In this document: piece by piece, positions 37,846 through 48,303 of the stretch | Layout of the letters: each line of letters begins with the position of its first letter | Numbering within the stretch: position 1 is the first letter of the stretch | Origin: Candidatus Latescibacterota bacterium | GTDB taxonomy: Bacteria; Latescibacterota; UBA2968; UBA8231 | Length of the DNA: 64,000 nucleotides | Direction: 5' to 3' | Assembly: GCA_965243025.1 (NCBI GenBank) | Contig: CBDETY010000003.1 | Coordinates: forward strand, 5,824,001 to 5,888,000 | Position numbers and translations under genes: made by a program | Notes under the pieces: generated by a model | Seen by the model: only the letters and a program-made list of their open reading frames with translations | Databases searched by the model: none | What the model was told of the DNA's origin: nothing

Positions 37846-38021
37846 ACGGCGTTTGCCGAATCCCGGGCGGCTCCTAGATTTTGTCGTTGCAATCCGTTAC
37901 CGGAGTTCAGGCATCGGCCGCGTCAGCCCGGAGAGAACGCGGCCCCGGGCTGCAGGATGGATGCAGGCCCGGCCCGGGCCTCGACTGCCGGGATGGCACC
38001 CAAGCGAAAAAGGAAACCGAG

Positions 38022-38300
38022 ATGGCGCAGAATTTACGGTCCCGCAACGATGAGGAAGCGACCGATTTTTCGACCTTCGATTCGGGAAGCACACGCGAGC
38101 TGGAAGTGGAGGACGTCTGCTGCATCACCGGCGAGGAGGTGCAGGCCAGCTTCTGCCGGTTCCCCGACTATCGGCGCGGAACGATGATGGTGATGTCGAA
38201 GAAGCATGCCATCGAGCACCTGCGAAAAGGAACCACCATCGAGAAGTTCAAGGAGGTCCTGGTCGAGCGACACGGAGAAGAGGTCCTCGAGGAATACTGA
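38022..38300 (+). CDS. Small hypothetical acidic protein (92 aa)
   Basis: AAGGA RBS, ATG start, strongly GC3-biased codons; no family recognised. Confidence 0.65.
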   Translation: MAQNLRSRNDEEATDFSTFDSGSTRELEVEDVCCITGEEVQASFCRFPDYRRGTMMVMSKKHAIEHLRKGTTIEKFKEVLVERHGEEVLEEY

Positions 38301-38425
38301 CCGAGGAAACAGCCGACGGCGCTCCCGGCGCCTTCCTCCAGCGCGACCGGAAGCCGCCGGCCAGCCCGGCCTGCGGTCGCCCCCGCTCCCTTCCCACCCG
38401 ATTCCCCGCCGCTCCCGCGGCGGTT

Positions 38426-38965
38426 TCAGACCCTGTCCAGCAACATCTGAATCTCCTCCCCCAGTGCGGAGAAGGGGGAGAAGCGCCCCGACCGGTCGCG
38501 CGGCACCCCGCGGTGCACGGTCCGGGTTTCGCCGTTCTGGTCGATGACGATCGTCAGCGGTATGGCTACCATCGGGGAAGAATCGTAGTTGCGCACCCAG
38601 CGCATGTCCGCGTCGTAGTAGATCGGATAGTTGATTCCGTACTCCGCCATGAAGCGGAGCAGCCTGGCGTCTATCTGCCCGGGCGTGCCGTGTTCGCTCA
38701 TTGCGATTCCGACGATGGCGACGTCGTCCTCGGCGAACCCCTGGCGCAGCTTGACGAGGTCGGGGATTTCGATGCGGCAGGGCCCGCACCAGGTCGCCCA
38801 GAAATTTATCACGAGCACCTTGCCCCTGTGGGCTTCCGGCCTGAAGTCGGCGGCGTCGCCGACGGCGCCGGTCTTCGGCGCAGGGGCCGTCTCCGTGGTG
38901 TCGGCGCCGCTGCAGCCGGATACCCCGAGGAGGGCGGCCAGAAGGGGAGGGAAAAAGTGCTTCAT
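38426..38965 (-). CDS. TlpA/ResA-family thioredoxin-like lipoprotein
   Basis: Lipobox VSG-C; GKVLVINFWATWCGPCRIEIP; IP.T.VID..G. Confidence 0.9.
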   Translation of the reverse strand: MKHFFPPLLAALLGVSGCSGADTTETAPAPKTGAVGDAADFRPEAHRGKVLVINFWATWCGPCRIEIPDLVKLRQGFAEDDVAIVGIAMSEHGTPGQIDARLLRFMAEYGINYPIYYDADMRWVRNYDSSPMVAIPLTIVIDQNGETRTVHRGVPRDRSGRFSPFSALGEEIQMLLDRV

Positions 38966-39417
38966 CCCGGTGCGGCGTGCGGTTGCTCCATGCATGGCGT
39001 CGAATATATGGGCGGCCAATGGGGGCGGCCACCGATGGGCAGGCGCAAACCCGGGGGGGATGCCGCCTCACACGCCGACGTTCGCAACGCCGCCGGGACG
39101 ATCGCCGGTCGGTGGCCTCGACCGCCGGACTCACCCGGCTCGGCAGGGGTGCGCCTGCCGCTGCTCGAAAGCCGCCGTCTCGTTGCTCAACCGCATTCTC
39201 GCACTCGAGCTCGAATCACAGGAGGGCAAGTCCACACCGTCTGTCCCGGTGCCGTCCGCATACCGACCTGCCTCTCAGCGCACCGGTTGTCCGAGTGCGA
39301 GCCGCAGTGCGCCGCGGTTGTTGATCTATATTGAGTTTGAGGAGAGACTCCCGCCGTCCTGGCCGGCAACGGTGCTGACAACTCATCCCGCCAGGCGGTC
39401 TCGGGAGGTGGTCGAGT

Positions 39418-40653
39418 ATGAGTGAGTCTTCTCGTTTTGCCTCGCCCACGTCGGGCTTCGAGCTCAGCGAGCTCCTCGGCAGGCTGCGCGGGACGTTCTG
39501 GGCGAGCTTCGGCCTCGGAGCGCTCCTGCACCTGGCGCTGGTAGCCGTCGATCCCTTCAGGGACCAGGCTGCCAAAGCGCCCAGGCCGCTGACCACCAGA
39601 TTCATCAAGAGAGAGCCTCGGCTGACCAAGCCGCTGGAGTTGCGCAAGATACCTCAGCCCAGGAGGCAGATGGTCAGGCGCAAGGTTGGGTTGGCGCCGG
39701 CCCGCATGGACCAGGTACGGGCGACGGCGGCCTTCAACACGGGAGCGGTGATCGGGCAGGTCGCCCATCCCGGAGTGATTCTGGTCCGGGAATCCGCGCT
39801 ACCCTCTCCCGACCTCGAACCGCGGGCGGTGTCCCTCGCGCAGTTGGCGGGAACGCGGACGCCCGGGAACAAGATCGACATGGCTCTCGAGATGATGGAT
39901 ATCAACGCCATGGACACGGGACGCTATCGCTCCATGGTCATCCAGGACCCCAACGATCCCCAGGGGGTTACCGGCTTCGTGAAGCTGGCCCAGGTTCTTT
40001 CCGCCCGCTCAATAGAAGCGGGGCAAAGTGGGAGCTACAGCAGCATCCGAACCGCGGACATGGACATCCTGCGCGACATGCTGAACGAGTACACCGGCAT
40101 CAAGGGCGAATATGCCGGCATGATCACGTATGACGACGAGCGCATGATGGAGGTGCCGATCCTGGTTCCACTGGGCACCCCCAACGAGAGTGAACTGGAG
40201 GCCCTGTCCCGCTATCTGCTGGCCGGCGGGTTCGTCATGGGGCCTTTGTGGCCAAGGGCGAACGAAGAGCAGCAGAACCGGTCGATCCGCCTGCTCTCGG
40301 AGGCGCTGGAGAAATACGGCGGCCTGGTCCAGGGCCGGGACTTCTGGACCGAACGGATCCCGGACAGGCACCCGATCTATTCCGCCTTCTTCGATGTAAG
40401 GGGTGGCATGGTCTCCGGGTACGGCACCAAACTGGCGAGCGGCAAGCAGGGCGTACCCAGCTGGCCGGCGTTGACCGGCTATTACGTGAAAGGCCGGCTC
40501 GCCGGGATCTCCTCCAGGCAAGGCACGGGTTGGCTCGACCACACGGCCAGCGGCGACGGCTCACGCCAGCTGCAGATGGCCGTCAACATCATCGTCTTCG
40601 CGTTGACTCAGGAAGGGTCGATGACCCAGCGCCTCATGCAGATGGTCAACTGA
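39418..40653 (+). CDS. Membrane-anchored DUF4159-domain protein
   Basis: N-terminal TM LLHLAL; YLLAGGF, HPIYSAFFD, GRLAG, QMAVNIIVFALTQ. Confidence 0.65.
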   Translation: MSESSRFASPTSGFELSELLGRLRGTFWASFGLGALLHLALVAVDPFRDQAAKAPRPLTTRFIKREPRLTKPLELRKIPQPRRQMVRRKVGLAPARMDQVRATAAFNTGAVIGQVAHPGVILVRESALPSPDLEPRAVSLAQLAGTRTPGNKIDMALEMMDINAMDTGRYRSMVIQDPNDPQGVTGFVKLAQVLSARSIEAGQSGSYSSIRTADMDILRDMLNEYTGIKGEYAGMITYDDERMMEVPILVPLGTPNESELEALSRYLLAGGFVMGPLWPRANEEQQNRSIRLLSEALEKYGGLVQGRDFWTERIPDRHPIYSAFFDVRGGMVSGYGTKLASGKQGVPSWPALTGYYVKGRLAGISSRQGTGWLDHTASGDGSRQLQMAVNIIVFALTQEGSMTQRLMQMVN

Positions 40654-40739
40654 TCGTCCGCACTTAAGTGGACGCCGGGTTCTGCACCCCGCATAGCGGC
40701 AGCGATTGCTTGTGTACAGGCAGGCCTGTCGAGACCGGC

Positions 40740-43700
40740 TCAGGCGCGCGCGGCAACACCCTTCGCAGGGTTCGGCGCTTCGGTTAGCCAGGGCTTCTCC
40801 GGCTCGATCAGTGTTCCCACCGCCTTCAGCAGCTCGTCCGACGGATTGACCCGCAGCGACCGCGAGCGCACCACCGCGTCTTTGCCACCCCCGTTCCTCA
40901 GGTGGATCAGCAGCTCGCAGTTCCCGGTGTGCTGCTCGACCAGCCGGCGCAGGCGCTGCAGCAGGTCCGAGCTGCTTTCTTCGTCGAGCTTGAGGACGAA
41001 GTTCACAGCCTTCGTCAGTTTCTGCCGCGCCTCGGCGAGGGGGATCAGCGACTCGGCCTGGAGGCCGAGGTTGCCGTTGCGGCGCGACACGCGGCCTTCG
41101 GCGAGCACCGCCTGCCCCTGCTCGATCAGCGAGCGGAAATTTGCAAAGGCGTCGGAGAAGAAGACGACGTCGGTCCTGGCGCCCTGGTCCTCGATGGTCG
41201 CGAAGGCGATGCTCTGGCCGCGGCGGTCCGTCGAGGTGCTGACGCGGGTGATGAGGCCGCCGATGCGCACCGAAGCCCCGTCGGCGTAGCGTTCGAGCTT
41301 CCCGATCGGGGTGGCGAAGAAGCGCAGGTCCCTCGCGTGCTCGTTCAGGGGGTGGCTCGAGACGTAGAACCCAAGCAGCTCGCGCTCGCGTTCGAGGCGT
41401 TCCGACTGGCTCCACTCCGCGGTTTCGGGAAGCGACGGCTTGTCGACCCGGGCGGCCATGTCGCCGGCGTCGTCGAAGAGGCTTCTCTGGCCGCGCAGCT
41501 TCTGCTCGTTGAAGATCTGGGCGTTCCTCAGCACCAGGTCGAGGCTCTCGAGCAACTGGGCGCGGTGCGTCGACGGGCGGTCGACGGCGCCGGCGGCGAT
41601 CAGGGACTCGACCACCCGCCTGTTTACCGCCTTGAGGTCGAGGCGCTGGCAGAGGTCGAACAGGTCGGCGAACCTGCCCCCGTCCGCCCGGGCCTCGAAG
41701 ATCGCCTGCGCCGCCCCTTCGCCGACATTCTTGATCGCCGACAGACCGAAGCGGATGCCCTCCGGGGTCGGGGCGAAGTCGGGGGCGCTCTCGTCGACGT
41801 CCGGGGGCAGCACCGGGAGCTCCATGTTCCGGCACTCCTCGAGCAGCACGGTCAGGCGGTCGGTGTTGTTGCGGTCCGTGGTCAGGCTCGCCGCCATGTA
41901 CTCCCTGGGATAGTGGGCCTTGAGGTAGGCGTTCTTGTAGGCGACCTCCGAGTAGCAGGCCGAGTGCGATTTGTTGAACCCGTACCCCGAAAACACCTCG
42001 ACGTCCTCCCACACCTTTCCGGCGACCTTCGGCGGCACGCCGTTGGCCTGCGCCCCCTCGAGGAAGTCGTGGCGGTATTTCTCCATTACGTCGGCGAGCT
42101 TCTTGCCCATCGCCTTGCGGATGCCGTCGGCCTGGCCGAGGGTGAAGCCGGCCATGTCGCCCGCGATCCGCTGCACCTGCTCCTGGTAGGTGATGACGCC
42201 GTAGGTCTCCTCGAGGATCGGCTCGAGCAGCGGGTGGTCGTACTCGACCGCCTGCTCCCCCTGCTTGCGGGCGATGAAATCGGGAATGCGCTGCATCGGT
42301 CCGGGGCGGTACAGCGCGTTCATGGCGATCACGTCCTCGATCTTGTCCGGCTTGAGCTGCACGAGGTACTCGCGCATGCCGGCGCTCTCGAACTGGAACA
42401 CCCCGATGGTGTCCCCCCTGCTGAACAGGTCGAAGGTCGCCGCGTCGTTCCGGGGGATCGCCGAGAGGTCGAAGCCGGGCTCGCCCAGCCGGATCAGGCG
42501 CTCCGCCTCGTCCATCAGCGACAGCTCCTTGAGCCCGAGGATGTCCATCTTGAGGAGGCCGACCGACATGCAGGTCTCGCCGTCGAACTGGGTGGTGACG
42601 GTGCCGTCCTTGGGAGCGCGGTAGAGGGGCACGTAATCGGTCAGCTCGGAGGGGGCGATGATGACGGCGCATGCGTGGACCGAGGCGTGGCGCGCCATGC
42701 CCTCGAGCTTGCGGGAATACTCGATCAGCCGGCCCTCCTCGCCTGGCGCCTCGGCGAGCTGCTGCAGTTCCGGGACACGTTCGATGGCGCTGTCCAGGGT
42801 GATCTTGAGCTCGTTCGGGATCAGCTTGGCGATGCGGTCGACCTCGCCGAAAGGCATGCCGAGAACGCGCCCGACGTCGCGCACCACCGCCTTGGCTCCC
42901 ATCGTCCCGAAGGTGATCACCTGCGAGACGTTCCGTTCGCCGTACTTGTCGACGATGTAGCGGACGACCTTGTCGCGGCCGGTATCGGCGAAATCGATGT
43001 CGATGTCGGGCGGCTCGATGCGCTCGGGATTGAGGAAGCGCTCGAACAGCAGGCCGAACCTGATCGGATCGGTGTCGGTGATCTTCAGGCAGTAGGAGAC
43101 CAGGGAGCCGGAGGCCGAGCCGCGGCCGGGGCCGACGGAGATCCGGCTATCGCGGGCGAAATTGACGATGTCCCAGACGATGAGGAAATAGCCGGCGAAC
43201 CCCTCCTTGATCAGCAGGTCGAGCTCGTAATCGAGCCGTTTCTCCAGGACGGGATCCGGTTTGCCGTAGCGTTCCTCGAGCCCTTCCCGGGCGAGCCGGG
43301 TCAGGTAGTCGCCGCTGCTCTCGTACCCTTCGGGAATCGGGAAGTCCGGCATCAGGGATTTCCCGAAATCCAGCTCGAGGTCGCACTTGCCGGCGATCTC
43401 GACTGTCTTCTCCAGGGCCTCGGGCAGGTCGGCGAAAAGCTCCTGCATCTGCGCCGGGCTCTTCATGAACAGGCCGTCGACGTAGCAGAGGCGGTTGTCG
43501 TCGTCGACGGTCTTGCCGGTCTGGATGCAGATCAGGGCGTCGTGGGCGTCGTGGTCGTCGGCGCGGAGGAAGTGGAAGTCGTTGGTCGCGACCAGCGGCA
43601 CCCCCAGCTTCCGGTGCAGCTCGAGCAGCCCCTCGTTGACCTTGGCCTCGGCCTCGATGCCGTGGCGCTGGATCTCGAGGTAATAATCCTCACCGAAGTG

Positions 43701-44204
43701 GTCGGCGAACCAGCGCGCCGACTGTTCGGCCGCGGCGAGGCCCTCGTTCTGCAGCAGGTGGGGGATCTCGCCGCTGACGCAGCCGGAAAGGCAGATCAGG
43801 CCTTCGCAATGCCCGGCGAGCAGCTCCCGGTCGATGCGCGGGAAGTAGTAGAAGCCCTCGAGATACGCTTTCGAAACCAGCTTTACGAGGTTGTGGTAGC
43901 CGCTGCTGTTCCTGGCGAGAAGGACGAGGTGATGAGAGGCGTGGCTAAGCCCTTTGGCCGCCTTGCGGTCGTGCCGGCTGCCGACGGCGACGTACACCTC
44001 GCAGCCGATGATCGGCTTGATGCCGGCCTCCCGGCAGGCCTGGTAGTGCTCGACGGCGCCGAACAGGTTGCCGTGGTCGGTGACCGCCAGGGCCGGCATC
44101 TCCAGGTCGGCGGCCAGCGCCGCCATGTCGCCGATGCGGCAGCCGCCGTCGAGGAGGCTGTACTCGCTGTGGCCGTGGAGGTGGACGAACTCGGCTCGGG
44201 GCAT
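40740..44204 (-). CDS. dnaE: DNA polymerase III alpha subunit
   Basis: PHP HLH.HSEYSLLDG, GRGS..GS, FERFLNPER...PDID.DF, GLLKMDILGL, YGFNKSHS, OB fold. Confidence 0.97.
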   Translation of the reverse strand: MPRAEFVHLHGHSEYSLLDGGCRIGDMAALAADLEMPALAVTDHGNLFGAVEHYQACREAGIKPIIGCEVYVAVGSRHDRKAAKGLSHASHHLVLLARNSSGYHNLVKLVSKAYLEGFYYFPRIDRELLAGHCEGLICLSGCVSGEIPHLLQNEGLAAAEQSARWFADHFGEDYYLEIQRHGIEAEAKVNEGLLELHRKLGVPLVATNDFHFLRADDHDAHDALICIQTGKTVDDDNRLCYVDGLFMKSPAQMQELFADLPEALEKTVEIAGKCDLELDFGKSLMPDFPIPEGYESSGDYLTRLAREGLEERYGKPDPVLEKRLDYELDLLIKEGFAGYFLIVWDIVNFARDSRISVGPGRGSASGSLVSYCLKITDTDPIRFGLLFERFLNPERIEPPDIDIDFADTGRDKVVRYIVDKYGERNVSQVITFGTMGAKAVVRDVGRVLGMPFGEVDRIAKLIPNELKITLDSAIERVPELQQLAEAPGEEGRLIEYSRKLEGMARHASVHACAVIIAPSELTDYVPLYRAPKDGTVTTQFDGETCMSVGLLKMDILGLKELSLMDEAERLIRLGEPGFDLSAIPRNDAATFDLFSRGDTIGVFQFESAGMREYLVQLKPDKIEDVIAMNALYRPGPMQRIPDFIARKQGEQAVEYDHPLLEPILEETYGVITYQEQVQRIAGDMAGFTLGQADGIRKAMGKKLADVMEKYRHDFLEGAQANGVPPKVAGKVWEDVEVFSGYGFNKSHSACYSEVAYKNAYLKAHYPREYMAASLTTDRNNTDRLTVLLEECRNMELPVLPPDVDESAPDFAPTPEGIRFGLSAIKNVGEGAAQAIFEARADGGRFADLFDLCQRLDLKAVNRRVVESLIAAGAVDRPSTHRAQLLESLDLVLRNAQIFNEQKLRGQRSLFDDAGDMAARVDKPSLPETAEWSQSERLERERELLGFYVSSHPLNEHARDLRFFATPIGKLERYADGASVRIGGLITRVSTSTDRRGQSIAFATIEDQGARTDVVFFSDAFANFRSLIEQGQAVLAEGRVSRRNGNLGLQAESLIPLAEARQKLTKAVNFVLKLDEESSSDLLQRLRRLVEQHTGNCELLIHLRNGGGKDAVVRSRSLRVNPSDELLKAVGTLIEPEKPWLTEAPNPAKGVAARA

Positions 44205-44407
44205 GAAGGGGCTACCTCCGTACGGGGAGCGGCGGTGAGAGAAACCTGGCGGAGAAGGACCGGCATCGGCTGCCGGACGCGCCGGGTGAACCGGAGAGGG
44301 GGTCGCAACGGCGGCCGCGGAAAGGGGAGGATGCTGCCGTTACGGCGCGTACCGGGGGAAGGTCGCGGAAATGCGGAATCCCGCGCCTGCACAGGTCTTG
44401 GGGCGCT

Positions 44408-44436
44408 AACGTATCAAGCCGCTTCGGGCGCGTCAA
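44408..44436 (-). promoter_or_regulatory. Putative sigma70 promoter for dnaE
   Basis: Minus strand TTGACG-17 nt-TACGTT, about 200 nt upstream of the dnaE start. Confidence 0.5.
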
Positions 44437-44622
44437 TCAGGCGGGTTCCCGAAGCGGAAATCCCCCCGCCCGGGATGCTCAAAACCGGTTCGGGGTGTAA
44501 TATCTATGGATGTATCCAGGCGTTTGGTCGACCATTTCCCGGGGTGCAATCCGACTGTTTTCCGCCGCGGGGGTACCCGCTGCCAGGGGCCGCCTCCCGA
44601 CCCCGGACGATTCCGCAAACAC

Positions 44623-45726
44623 GTGAAGCCCGTACTCGTCGCCGGAACGCGACCCAACTTCGTCAAGATCGCGCCGCTGGCCGCCGCCCTGCGCCGCTTC
44701 CCGGAGGAGTTCACCCCGGTGGTCGTGCACACGGGCCAGCACTACGACTACAACATGTCCGGGGTATTCTTCAGCGACCTCGGGATGCCGCCGCCGGACC
44801 ATTTCCTCGAGGCGGGGACCTGTTCCGGGGCCGCGCAGATCGCCGCCATCATCGCCAGGTTCGACCAGGTCCTGCAACGGGAAGAACCGGATCTCGTCAT
44901 CGTCGCCGGTGATGTCGCAGGCACCCTGGCCTGCGCCATCACCGCCGCGGTCAGCGACGTCCCGCTGGCCCACGTCGAGGCCGGCCTGCGCTGCGGGGAC
45001 CGGCGCCTGCCCGAAGAGATCAACCGCGTGGCGACCGACGCCGCCGCGGACCTGCTGTTCACCTACTCCGAGGATGCCGACGCCAACCTGCTCGCCGAGA
45101 ACGCGCCGGCCCGCTGCATTCACCGGGTCGGCAACCTGATGATCGACACCCTGCGCAGGCTGCGGCCCAGGGCCGAGAAGTCGAGCATACTCCACGACCT
45201 GGGGCTGATCCCCGGGGAGTACGGGGTCGTGACCCTGCACCGCCAGGCCAACGTCGACGCCGCGGCCCCGCTCGAGGGGATCCTGCGCGCCCTGGTCGAG
45301 ATCCAGCGGCGTCTTCCCTTGGTGTTCCCGGTGCATCCGCGCACCCGCAGGAACCTGCGCCGCTTCGGTCTCGACGCACTGGCCGCCGAAGCAGGGAACC
45401 TGCGTCTGGTCGAGCCGCTCGGCTATCTCGACATGCTGAAGCTGCTCGCGTCCTCCGCCATCGCCCTGGTGGACTCGGGCGGCATCCAGGAGGAGACCAC
45501 CGTGCTCGGGGTCCCCTGCCTGACCCTCAGGGAGTCGACCGAGCGGCCGGTCACGGTCACCCAGGGGACCAACAGGCTGACGGGAACCGCGACCGGGCGG
45601 ATCGTCGAGGAGGCCGGCCGCGTCCTCGACGGCGAGGCTCCGGAAGGGAGGATACCCGACCTCTGGGACGGCCGCAGCGCCGAGCGCCTCGTCGAACACC
45701 TGCGGCAGCCGATTAAACGCAGATGA
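44623..45726 (+). CDS. wecB: UDP-N-acetylglucosamine 2-epimerase (non-hydrolysing)
   Basis: [46 protein letters not shown]. Confidence 0.92.
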   Translation: MKPVLVAGTRPNFVKIAPLAAALRRFPEEFTPVVVHTGQHYDYNMSGVFFSDLGMPPPDHFLEAGTCSGAAQIAAIIARFDQVLQREEPDLVIVAGDVAGTLACAITAAVSDVPLAHVEAGLRCGDRRLPEEINRVATDAAADLLFTYSEDADANLLAENAPARCIHRVGNLMIDTLRRLRPRAEKSSILHDLGLIPGEYGVVTLHRQANVDAAAPLEGILRALVEIQRRLPLVFPVHPRTRRNLRRFGLDALAAEAGNLRLVEPLGYLDMLKLLASSAIALVDSGGIQEETTVLGVPCLTLRESTERPVTVTQGTNRLTGTATGRIVEEAGRVLDGEAPEGRIPDLWDGRSAERLVEHLRQPIKRR

Positions 45727-45757
45727 GGCGGACCGACTCAAAAGAACGGAGCCCCGA

Positions 45758-46690
45758 TTGAGAGTGCTGATAACGGGGGGCGCCGGTTTCATCGGCTCCC
45801 ACCTGTGCGACCTCTTCCTCGACGAAGGGTGCGAGGTGATCTGCATGGACAACCTGCTGACCGGCAGGGAGGAAAACATCGCCGCCCACTTCGGGGATCC
45901 CAGGTTCCGCTTCGTCCGCTGCGACGTAACCGAGTACCTCGACGTCGACGGGGACCTCGACTACATCCTGCATTTCGCCAGCCCGGCAAGTCCGGCGGAC
46001 TTCGAGAAGCTGGGGATCCGCATCCTCAAGGTCGGCGCCCTCGGGACCCACAAGACCCTCGGACTGGCGCGGGCAAAGGGTGCCAGGTTCCTGCTGGCCT
46101 CGACCTCCGAGGTCTACGGCGACCCGCTCGTCCATCCCCAGAGCGAGGAGTACCGGGGCAACGTGAACTGCATCGGCATCCGCGGCGTCTACGACGAGGC
46201 CAAGCGCTTCGCCGAGTCGATGGCGATGGCCTACAACCGCACCCACGGCATCGACGTGCGCATTGTCAGGATCTTCAACACCTACGGAGAGCGCATGCGC
46301 AGGAACGACGGCCGCGCCGTTCCCAACTTCATAACACAGTCCCTGGCCGGGGAAGACGTGACCGTTTACGGCGACGGCAGCCAGACGCGCAGCATCCAGC
46401 ACGTGAGCGACCTCGTCGCCGGCATCCGCGCGCTGATGCGGTCGGACGTGACCTCGCCGGTCAACATCGGCAATCCCGTGGAAATGACCCTGCGCCAGCT
46501 TGCTGAAAAGATCATCGAGCTGGCCGGGAGCGGAAGCAGCATCGTCTACCGGCCCCTTCCCGAGGACGATCCGAAAATCCGCCTCCCCGACATCTCCAAG
46601 GCGCTCACCGTGCTGAACTGGGAGCCGGAAGTCGGCCCGGACGAGGGGCTGAGGCGAACCATCGAGTGGTTCCGGAAGGAGGGCTCGTGA
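45758..46690 (+). CDS. UDP-glucuronate decarboxylase (UDP-xylose synthase) family SDR
   Basis: [49 protein letters not shown]. Confidence 0.9.
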   Translation: MRVLITGGAGFIGSHLCDLFLDEGCEVICMDNLLTGREENIAAHFGDPRFRFVRCDVTEYLDVDGDLDYILHFASPASPADFEKLGIRILKVGALGTHKTLGLARAKGARFLLASTSEVYGDPLVHPQSEEYRGNVNCIGIRGVYDEAKRFAESMAMAYNRTHGIDVRIVRIFNTYGERMRRNDGRAVPNFITQSLAGEDVTVYGDGSQTRSIQHVSDLVAGIRALMRSDVTSPVNIGNPVEMTLRQLAEKIIELAGSGSSIVYRPLPEDDPKIRLPDISKALTVLNWEPEVGPDEGLRRTIEWFRKEGS

Positions 46691-46869
46691 GCATTCCGGG
46701 CAGAACCGGTTCACGCCTGGGAACCGCGCAGGGGAAAAACCTGCTGAAGGGTGGCCCGGGGCGGTCCCCGGGCGTGGGTGAAGCGCCTTGCCCTGCCCCC
46801 CGCTGCATGTGGAGGCGCGAGTTTCCCCGGTCCGCCGGTAAAGCCGCCGAAACCCGGCCCTGTCGCTTC

Positions 46870-48303
46870 GTGCGGAAGGGCGGCGGGCCGCTGCTGCTCC
46901 TCGCCCTTGTGGTCGGCGGCTGCGCCTCGGCCCCGCCGGCGCAGAAGCAGGGGCACGGGGTCGAGCTGCCCCTTGTCTGGCACGGGCAGGCGGCCGGTTC
47001 CGGCCCGGTGGACGAGCTCTGGTGGCGGCGCTACGACCCCAGGCTGGGCAGGCTGCTCTCCGAGGCCCTGCAGCACAACCACAACCTCGAGGCCGCCGCC
47101 TCCCGGGTAGCGGCCGCCGCCGCCCAGGCGCGCATCGCCGGGGCCGCGCAGCGGCCGCAACTGGCCGCTGTGGGCAGCGGATCGCGGCGGCGGCAGAACT
47201 TCGCCGGCTTTCCGCTGCCGACGGGAGGCAGGGAGGTGCTGGCGACGACGACGAACAGTTTCGGGGTGTCCCTGAACGTCAGCTGGGAGGCCGACCTGTG
47301 GGGACGGCTGCGGGCCGGCCAGGCCGCGGCGCTCGCGGAAGTGATGGCGAGCCGGGCGGACCTGGCGGGGGCGCGCCTGTCGCTGATCGCCCAGACGGCG
47401 CGCGCCTGCTGGGCCGCGGCCGAGGCCGGGAAACAGGTGGCCCTTGCCGAAGCGGCGGCCGCCGATGCGCGGCTGTCGGCCGGGCAGGTGGAGGAGCGCT
47501 ACCGGCAGGGCCTGCGTTCGGCCCTTGACCTGCGTCTGGCGAGATCGAGCGAGGCTTCCGCCGAGGCGGTTCTCGGCCAGCGCCGGCACCGGCTCGACCT
47601 GCTGAAACGGCAGTTGGAGATTCTCCTGGGCAGGTACCCGGCGGCGGAGATCGAGACCGGGGCCGAGCTCCCCGAGGTCGAAGATCCGGTTCCCCCGGGC
47701 CTGCCGGCCGAGCTGCTGGCGCGGAGACCGGACCTCGTGGCCGCCGAGCGCCGTCTCGCCGCCGCGGACGCCCGGCTGAGCGAAGCGCGCCGGTCGCTGT
47801 ACCCGCGCATGAGCCTGACCTCCTCCGGGGGCCGGTCCAGCGGAGAGCTGAACGACCTTCTCAAGGGAGACTTCGGCGTCTGGAGTCTTGTCGCAAACCT
47901 CACCCAGCCCCTGCTCCAGGGCGGCCGCCTGCGCGCCGGGGTCGACCTGGCGGAGGCCAACCGGGAACAGGCCGTGGCGCGATTCGCGCAACAGGTGCTG
48001 CTCGCCTGCGGTGAGGTGGAGAGCGCCCTCGGTGCCGACGCCTACCTCGCCCGGCAGGAGTCCGCCCTGCGGCGCGCCGCGGAGGAGGCGGCGGCGGCCC
48101 GGAGGCTGGCGCGGGAGCGTTACGACCGGGGCCTGGCCGACCTGATCGCCCTGCTCGAGGCCCAGCGCCGGACCTACGAAGCCGAGAGCCAGCTGGCCTC
48201 GGTGCGGCGGCAGCGCCTGGACAACCGCACCGATCTGCACCTCGCTCTCGGAGGGGATATCAGCGCCGAGGCGGTAGCCCGATTTCAAAGCGAGTTCAAC
48301 TGA
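46870..48303 (+). CDS. RND outer-membrane factor lipoprotein (NodT/OprM family)
   Basis: Lipobox VGG-C; SWEADLWG, GLPAELLARRPD, LHLALGG. Start approximate. Confidence 0.9.
   Translation: MRKGGGPLLLLALVVGGCASAPPAQKQGHGVELPLVWHGQAAGSGPVDELWWRRYDPRLGRLLSEALQHNHNLEAAASRVAAAAAQARIAGAAQRPQLAAVGSGSRRRQNFAGFPLPTGGREVLATTTNSFGVSLNVSWEADLWGRLRAGQAAALAEVMASRADLAGARLSLIAQTARACWAAAEAGKQVALAEAAAADARLSAGQVEERYRQGLRSALDLRLARSSEASAEAVLGQRRHRLDLLKRQLEILLGRYPAAEIETGAELPEVEDPVPPGLPAELLARRPDLVAAERRLAAADARLSEARRSLYPRMSLTSSGGRSSGELNDLLKGDFGVWSLVANLTQPLLQGGRLRAGVDLAEANREQAVARFAQQVLLACGEVESALGADAYLARQESALRRAAEEAAAARRLARERYDRGLADLIALLEAQRRTYEAESQLASVRRQRLDNRTDLHLALGGDISAEAVARFQSEFN

Noticed and set aside
38426-38965. 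Selenocysteine recoding in redox genes
   Set aside because: The CGPC motif is Cys-encoded, and I saw no in-frame TGA interrupting any recognised gene.
44205-44407. Riboswitch or ncRNA in the long dnaE leader (also checked 23218-23342 and 57097-57250)
   Set aside because: GC-rich pairing is possible, but I could not recognise any known riboswitch or ncRNA consensus.
40902-44912. Very long antisense ORFs (e.g. 1336 aa opposite dnaE, 956 aa opposite secDF, 804 aa opposite the ABC gene)
   Set aside because: Shadow ORFs expected from high-GC3 codon bias; no recognisable motifs, and they mirror well-supported genes.
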